Positions 46,593-51,095 of a stretch of 51,095 nt of DNA are shown piece after piece. The notes beneath the pieces are model-generated. The model was not told the origin of the DNA and did not search any database. It worked only from the letters and a program-made list of their open reading frames with translations. Each line of letters starts with the position of its first letter. The first letter of the stretch is position 1. The DNA is from an uncultured Chitinophaga sp. GTDB taxonomy: Bacteria > Bacteroidota > Bacteroidia > Flavobacteriales_D > Crocinitomicaceae. The DNA lies in contig CAZHLZ010000001.1 of assembly GCA_964532475.1 (NCBI GenBank), positions 14,891-65,985 on the forward strand, read 5' to 3'. A program made the position numbers and the translations under genes.

Positions 46593-46608
46593 ATACCATT
46601 ATGGGTAT
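46593..46608. promoter_or_regulatory. Candidate HipB operator 1, ATACC-N6-GGTAT
   Basis: ATACCATTATGGGTAT, with perfect 5-bp half-sites. Confidence 0.5.
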
Positions 46609-46633
46609 ATTTTAATAATATTTAGTATGTTTT

Positions 46634-46649
46634 ATACCTTTTATGGTAT
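46634..46649. promoter_or_regulatory. Candidate HipB operator 2, ATACC-N6-GGTAT
   Basis: ATACCTTTTATGGTAT (extends to TATACC...GGTATA). Its centre is 41 bp from operator 1. Confidence 0.5.
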
Positions 46650-46659
46650 AAATTAAGCG

Positions 46660-47634
46660 TTACTTTATAACAATTGGAAAGCCATAACAACGGGCTTTTT
46701 CACTGTCGCGGATGATCTTTGTTTTAAGCCTATCCTTGTCTTTTATAAGCACAATGTGACCATTTCCGTAGGTTAGCCAATTTTCATCAAACCAAAACGG
46801 AGTTTCATCAGCTCCCCCTTTGTTGATGTTGTCTTTTTTGATGTACTCGGCTGTAATTTCATAACGATTTTTACCATCCAAATCACTTGTTACAATATCA
46901 CGGTATCCATCTGTGTAACGACAATATGCAACTCGTTTGAAATCCGGAGAGATAGAGGCAGTTACAGCCCCATCGCTTTCAGGAAGTTCTTGCTTGACTT
47001 TGTCAATTAAGTTGTACACACACACTTTATTGTTGGAAATGTAAACGATAAAGTTCCCGTACACAGAAAACTTACCGACACCAATATCATTTGATTCAAA
47101 TAGTACTTGACCTGTTGCAGCATCGATTTCTCTAAGTTTACCTTGTCTTGCTGCCAAAATTGAATTGTTTTTAAGGTAATAACGCACACATTGGATTCCA
47201 TTGCCAGCATCGTAAAGAATGGATGACCCCGAAGCACCTGTTCGATTAATGTACGAATCACCTGCCCATTCGATGTAATACAAATCTTGATTTGAGGTAT
47301 TGAAATCAAAGTCAACATAATTAGGAACTTCTCGAACAACGGAAGCACTTTGAATGTCGTAAATCTTTGATTTGAAATTTTCGGTTTCAAACATCAAAAA
47401 CTTGCGATCTTCGGAGATTCTTAATTGTTTATCCATGTATAATAAACCTGCGTTTAAAATATCATTAATCGGACTAAAACCTTCCTGGTCCTTTTTCCAG
47501 TGATAAACGGCACCGTAGTTAACATCTTTAGTTGTTAGAAAAATAAGGTCTAACTTTTCGCTTCTATTCACTTTCTTGCAAGAGAAGAAGCATGTTACAA
47601 GCAATATTGCTATAAAAATAAATTTCTTATTCAT
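46660..47634 (-). CDS. Hypothetical lipoprotein (beta-propeller-like)
   Basis: The lipoprotein signal MNKKFIFIAILLVTCFFSC starts at the ATG at 47634 and overlaps the upstream stop by 8 nt. Confidence 0.6.
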   Translation of the reverse strand: MNKKFIFIAILLVTCFFSCKKVNRSEKLDLIFLTTKDVNYGAVYHWKKDQEGFSPINDILNAGLLYMDKQLRISEDRKFLMFETENFKSKIYDIQSASVVREVPNYVDFDFNTSNQDLYYIEWAGDSYINRTGASGSSILYDAGNGIQCVRYYLKNNSILAARQGKLREIDAATGQVLFESNDIGVGKFSVYGNFIVYISNNKVCVYNLIDKVKQELPESDGAVTASISPDFKRVAYCRYTDGYRDIVTSDLDGKNRYEITAEYIKKDNINKGGADETPFWFDENWLTYGNGHIVLIKDKDRLKTKIIRDSEKARCYGFPIVIK

Positions 47635-49300
47635 GAGTGATAACGATTTTAAGATTTTGACCAGTTTGATTTTCTTTGATGCAATAAATACCACTTTGTA
47701 AAGTATAATTTACATGTACAGGCGAAGATTGACCATGAATGAAATCGATTTGTTTTCCCGCAGCATCATACAAGGTAAACGTTCGTTCATCAAAGCCTTC
47801 AAATGCTAAGGTGAAATTGCCCGAAGAAGGATTCGGATACACTCGAAATGCAATCATCTCCTTGATTTCATCTACTTCTAAAATGGGCATATTGGATAAA
47901 TCATACCAAACAATTCCAAGATGTCCTGCATTAGAATTTCCATTAACACACTGAATTTCAGAAGATATATAATCGTATGTATCTTCTCGTGGGATCAAGA
48001 AAAAGTCTTTATCAGAGAAAATTGTTGTGAAAATTTTACTTTTAGCTGGATTTATAAACACATGGTTTTTTACGGGCACAACATCCGACGCCCCGGCAGT
48101 GTTGAGACCAATTTTATATGAAAACAAAGGTTCACCAGAAATCCCATTAAATTTTACCAAGGATGGAGAGACCTCCAGTTGTTTATTATTAGTGAAATAA
48201 ATGGTGTTTGAAATGTTGTCGAAATTTTGAATTTTCAAATACGAAGATTTAGTGATTAACCAGATGTTCCCTTCGGAATCGACATCTATTCCTTCTGTTG
48301 CGGAAGCAAAAACATCCCATACTCTGATTTGTAAAAGTTGATTACCAGCAACATCGTATTTTAAGATGAGTTCTTTGTAGTCGCCCAATGTAGTTGTGTT
48401 GAAAAAGTAATAAAATCCATCATGTTCTACAATTTGATTAATACTTCCAAATCCAGGTGTTCCAACTTGACCTATATTCATTACTAAAGTTTGAGAAAGT
48501 TGGTTGTTTTGATTGACAACTACACGGTAAAAGTTTTGACCATTTAAGATATAATGTTCGTTGTTTTTTCTATTTCTTTTGGTCGTTGAAACACTAAATG
48601 GTGTAACAAAAGAACCATTTATTACCTCTTCATTTTCATCAAAAACGACATGATCATTGAATGCAGAAATAGTAGCATTTAATTTATCGCTGAAAAAATA
48701 ATACTTACGAATATTTCCATGAGGGAAGACTTTTTGAACTGCACCCGATGTGTTTTCAAAGACAATTAAACCATCTGTAGTCATTTGAGTGACTGGATAA
48801 TTTTCATTATTAATGCTCACCTGAAAAGGAAGAGATGGAAACGAAGCACCGTAAAAGTTTTTTACAAATGAATAGATCTTATTCTGATGTACATAAAATT
48901 CATACATTTCAAAATTCACTCGATTGATCCACAACAGTTCAGATTGAGGAGAAATTTTGGCAAGAAATGTAAATTCTGTTTGTGGATTATCATTGTTCTG
49001 CTCAATAAAAACCCCTTGAGGGTTGGATAAATTGCTAAATAGCTCTGCAGCTTGAAAATTTGCAATTTGAGAATTATGGTGTGTTTGCACATGTCCCAAT
49101 ACATATATATTTCCAAAATCATCCACTTCAAGTTGAACGATTGAAAATTGATTTAAATCTGGACAAAATTTACTCAAAATATATCCCTCTGGAACAGCGT
49201 GTTTAGAAGGGAAATATTCTGTTTGACTGTGAATTTTATTTCCTAAAAGACAGAAAACAAAAAACATTAAATGCAAGGTTAAAACTGATATTTTGCGCAT
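47627..49300 (-). CDS. Hypothetical T9SS-secreted protein (557 aa)
   Basis: Signal peptide, then a type-A C-terminal sorting domain YPNPSSGNFTLAFEG...YDAAGKQI...SGIYCIK...KIVI. Confidence 0.7.
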   Translation of the reverse strand: MRKISVLTLHLMFFVFCLLGNKIHSQTEYFPSKHAVPEGYILSKFCPDLNQFSIVQLEVDDFGNIYVLGHVQTHHNSQIANFQAAELFSNLSNPQGVFIEQNNDNPQTEFTFLAKISPQSELLWINRVNFEMYEFYVHQNKIYSFVKNFYGASFPSLPFQVSINNENYPVTQMTTDGLIVFENTSGAVQKVFPHGNIRKYYFFSDKLNATISAFNDHVVFDENEEVINGSFVTPFSVSTTKRNRKNNEHYILNGQNFYRVVVNQNNQLSQTLVMNIGQVGTPGFGSINQIVEHDGFYYFFNTTTLGDYKELILKYDVAGNQLLQIRVWDVFASATEGIDVDSEGNIWLITKSSYLKIQNFDNISNTIYFTNNKQLEVSPSLVKFNGISGEPLFSYKIGLNTAGASDVVPVKNHVFINPAKSKIFTTIFSDKDFFLIPREDTYDYISSEIQCVNGNSNAGHLGIVWYDLSNMPILEVDEIKEMIAFRVYPNPSSGNFTLAFEGFDERTFTLYDAAGKQIDFIHGQSSPVHVNYTLQSGIYCIKENQTGQNLKIVITHE

Positions 49301-49314
49301 ACTTTCAGAAGTTT

Positions 49315-50502
49315 TTAAAGTTTTCGAGCGAATAAATATCCATTACACAACATGTAAATTGTATTCGTTTCAGACTCATATTTGAAATCACCGTAACTCA
49401 TATTACCGTTTATCAACACTTTTGTGTAATCAATAAACGGAGTAGGGATGCTTTTTATACTACCATTTTCATACAAATCAATCTTATTCGTTTGAACATC
49501 CATCGCTAAAAAAGCATTGAATTTATTGGGAACCCATTGGATTTTATGATTATCAATGCTCAACCCAGTACTCGGTAAAGTGGAAATATAAGTGTGTTTC
49601 AATTGTAAGCTAAATGATTTTAAATTCAGGCTGAAATTATATACTTTCGTTGAAGTAAATATGTTAAAGTACAATTCCTCACCAAATTGATAATACGAAG
49701 GGATTGGATGGTACACGACATCAGTCGGTGAATATCCAGGAATATATTCGCTTAGATCAAAATTCAACACATTGTACGTCACTTTAGATGAATTTGTAGC
49801 ATACAAAAACAGTAGTGTTTGATTTTGATTGTTATTATAGAAAGTTTCATTTGTCAAGGTAAATAGTAGATTTTCATGTTTGCCAGTTCCAATTGGGTAT
49901 TTTGTATAAGATGTTGTTCCGTAGTCAGTAACAAAAGCACTATCCATTAAGTTTTGAGCTAAATTTTCATGAAACAAATAGAATTTGTGTAAGGTGTAGC
50001 CACCACCAATATTGCTCGAATGTTTTGTTAAATAATGACTATTTCCTGGTGAATTATACCCCATGATTCCTTTGAATCCCCATGATTTGAAATCAAAAAA
50101 ACCTTTACCATAAATTTCAGTATCCAAGGATTCAAAAACGGCATATTGTTTTTGGTTGATATCAGAAACTTGAAACCAATGGGTAGTATCAATGTTTTGT
50201 TGAATATTAAAAAGCGTTCTGAATTGGTCTAATTCAATAAAATTGAAGGGTGCAACACCTTTTTGATTCCAAGAACCATAAATAACATCCACCGTTCCAT
50301 CAGGATGTTCAACAACTTTTCCAATTTTTGATTTCCCTGTATTTGAAAAACCCATATTGTCTGCGAAAGCAACAACAGTCCATCCATTTAGATCATTTAC
50401 AAAAGCAGGCTTCAACTTATCCATTCCAAATTCGGGTGGAAATTTTTTGCATCCTGCAATTACAAGGATGGAAGCAATGAAAACAGCAACAATTTTTCTC
50501 AT
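49315..50502 (-). CDS. Hypothetical lipoprotein (395 aa)
   Basis: Lipoprotein signal MRKIVAVFIASILVIAGC. A 14-nt gap separates it from the downstream gene. Confidence 0.6.
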   Translation of the reverse strand: MRKIVAVFIASILVIAGCKKFPPEFGMDKLKPAFVNDLNGWTVVAFADNMGFSNTGKSKIGKVVEHPDGTVDVIYGSWNQKGVAPFNFIELDQFRTLFNIQQNIDTTHWFQVSDINQKQYAVFESLDTEIYGKGFFDFKSWGFKGIMGYNSPGNSHYLTKHSSNIGGGYTLHKFYLFHENLAQNLMDSAFVTDYGTTSYTKYPIGTGKHENLLFTLTNETFYNNNQNQTLLFLYATNSSKVTYNVLNFDLSEYIPGYSPTDVVYHPIPSYYQFGEELYFNIFTSTKVYNFSLNLKSFSLQLKHTYISTLPSTGLSIDNHKIQWVPNKFNAFLAMDVQTNKIDLYENGSIKSIPTPFIDYTKVLINGNMSYGDFKYESETNTIYMLCNGYLFARKL

Positions 50503-50507
50503 ATTCT

Positions 50508-50951
50508 TTACTTTTTAAAACGAGATGGAAGCACACACACCGATAAGCCCATATTGGTTGTTTGCATTGGGAAATCTTGATAAGTGGTGTAATTTCTATA
50601 ATCTTCTTTGGTACCAAACGTAATATAAGGTCTAAATTCTAGAAATTTCCAACTGCAAATCGCATATACATTTACTCCCATATATAACTTTCCTCGGTAT
50701 AATAATAAATCCATTGTTTCCACATAATCTTCCCATTTTCCAGATCTAAATTCGCTGCGTTCATAGCGTTTCTTTCTCAACCTTACTCGTCCAAAATCGT
50801 AGTTGATTCCAAAACGAAAAGGTTTGTCGTGTTTTCCAAAAATGAATCCAACCGAGCTGTTTCCATACGACATTTTGTATTGCCCATACTGGTTGTATTC
50901 TGGAAAAAAAGGGGCCCTAAACCCTTGATTCAAAAGGGCACTTATCCCCAC
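50508..50951 (-). pseudogene. Beta-barrel-like ORF with no signal peptide, probably an N-terminally truncated remnant
   Basis: It opens with GTG immediately after an in-frame TAG, and the first ATG is codon 27. There is no signal peptide, although the sequence looks like barrel strands (GFIFGK, FRFGINYDFG). Confidence 0.4.
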
Positions 50952-51095
50952 CTAATTGATAAATAACGATTTTTTAGATTTAACTTTCTTTTAAGACCTA
51001 TGCTATAATCTAAGAAATGTGCCGAAGTATCGGCGCAAATACATATAGACAATGTAACCCTAGGAAAGGAAAAACATTATGTCTTCTGATGTCGT

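Overview
Low-GC (about 30%) chromosomal segment that looks like a Flavobacteriia/Bacteroidota genome: several T9SS C-terminal sorting domains, TAnnTTTG -7 promoter boxes and no Shine-Dalgarno sites. All homology calls come from motifs read by eye in the translations; nothing was searched. Housekeeping blocks are pepA-pdxA, yceD-rpmF-plsX-fabH-accB-accC, a four-gene overlapping nucleotide-sugar operon, an MBL/rhodanese fusion, an M43 protease, sufA-B-C-D, recA, bcp, RNase P RNA, and a two-ORF B12-dependent methionine synthase behind a SAM-I riboswitch. Accessory or unusual content: (1) The last 165 nt of accC plus its terminator occur twice as direct repeats (offset 2670 nt). They bracket a 2.4-kb two-gene cassette encoding a secreted protein with a GC-rich terminal 8-Cys module and a coupled beta-propeller-like partner, with no recombinase. 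(2) Two four-helix-bundle (23S-IVS-protein/Avd-like) genes sit inside the suf and metH operons. Each is enclosed by heptad-phased repeat arrays with long-range complementarity, and the neighbouring operon junctions carry the same arrays with no gene inside. One element sits exactly in the Hcy/pterin linker where metH is split. (3) A tripartite hipB-hipS-hipT module has two ATACC-N6-GGTAT operators. (4) A T9SS cargo gene is broken by an in-frame TGA and a homopolymer frameshift. (5) Several operons encode uncharacterised outer-membrane, lipoprotein or T9SS proteins, two of them sharing a TTACGTAA upstream motif. I saw no CRISPR array, tRNA, rRNA, integrase or transposase.
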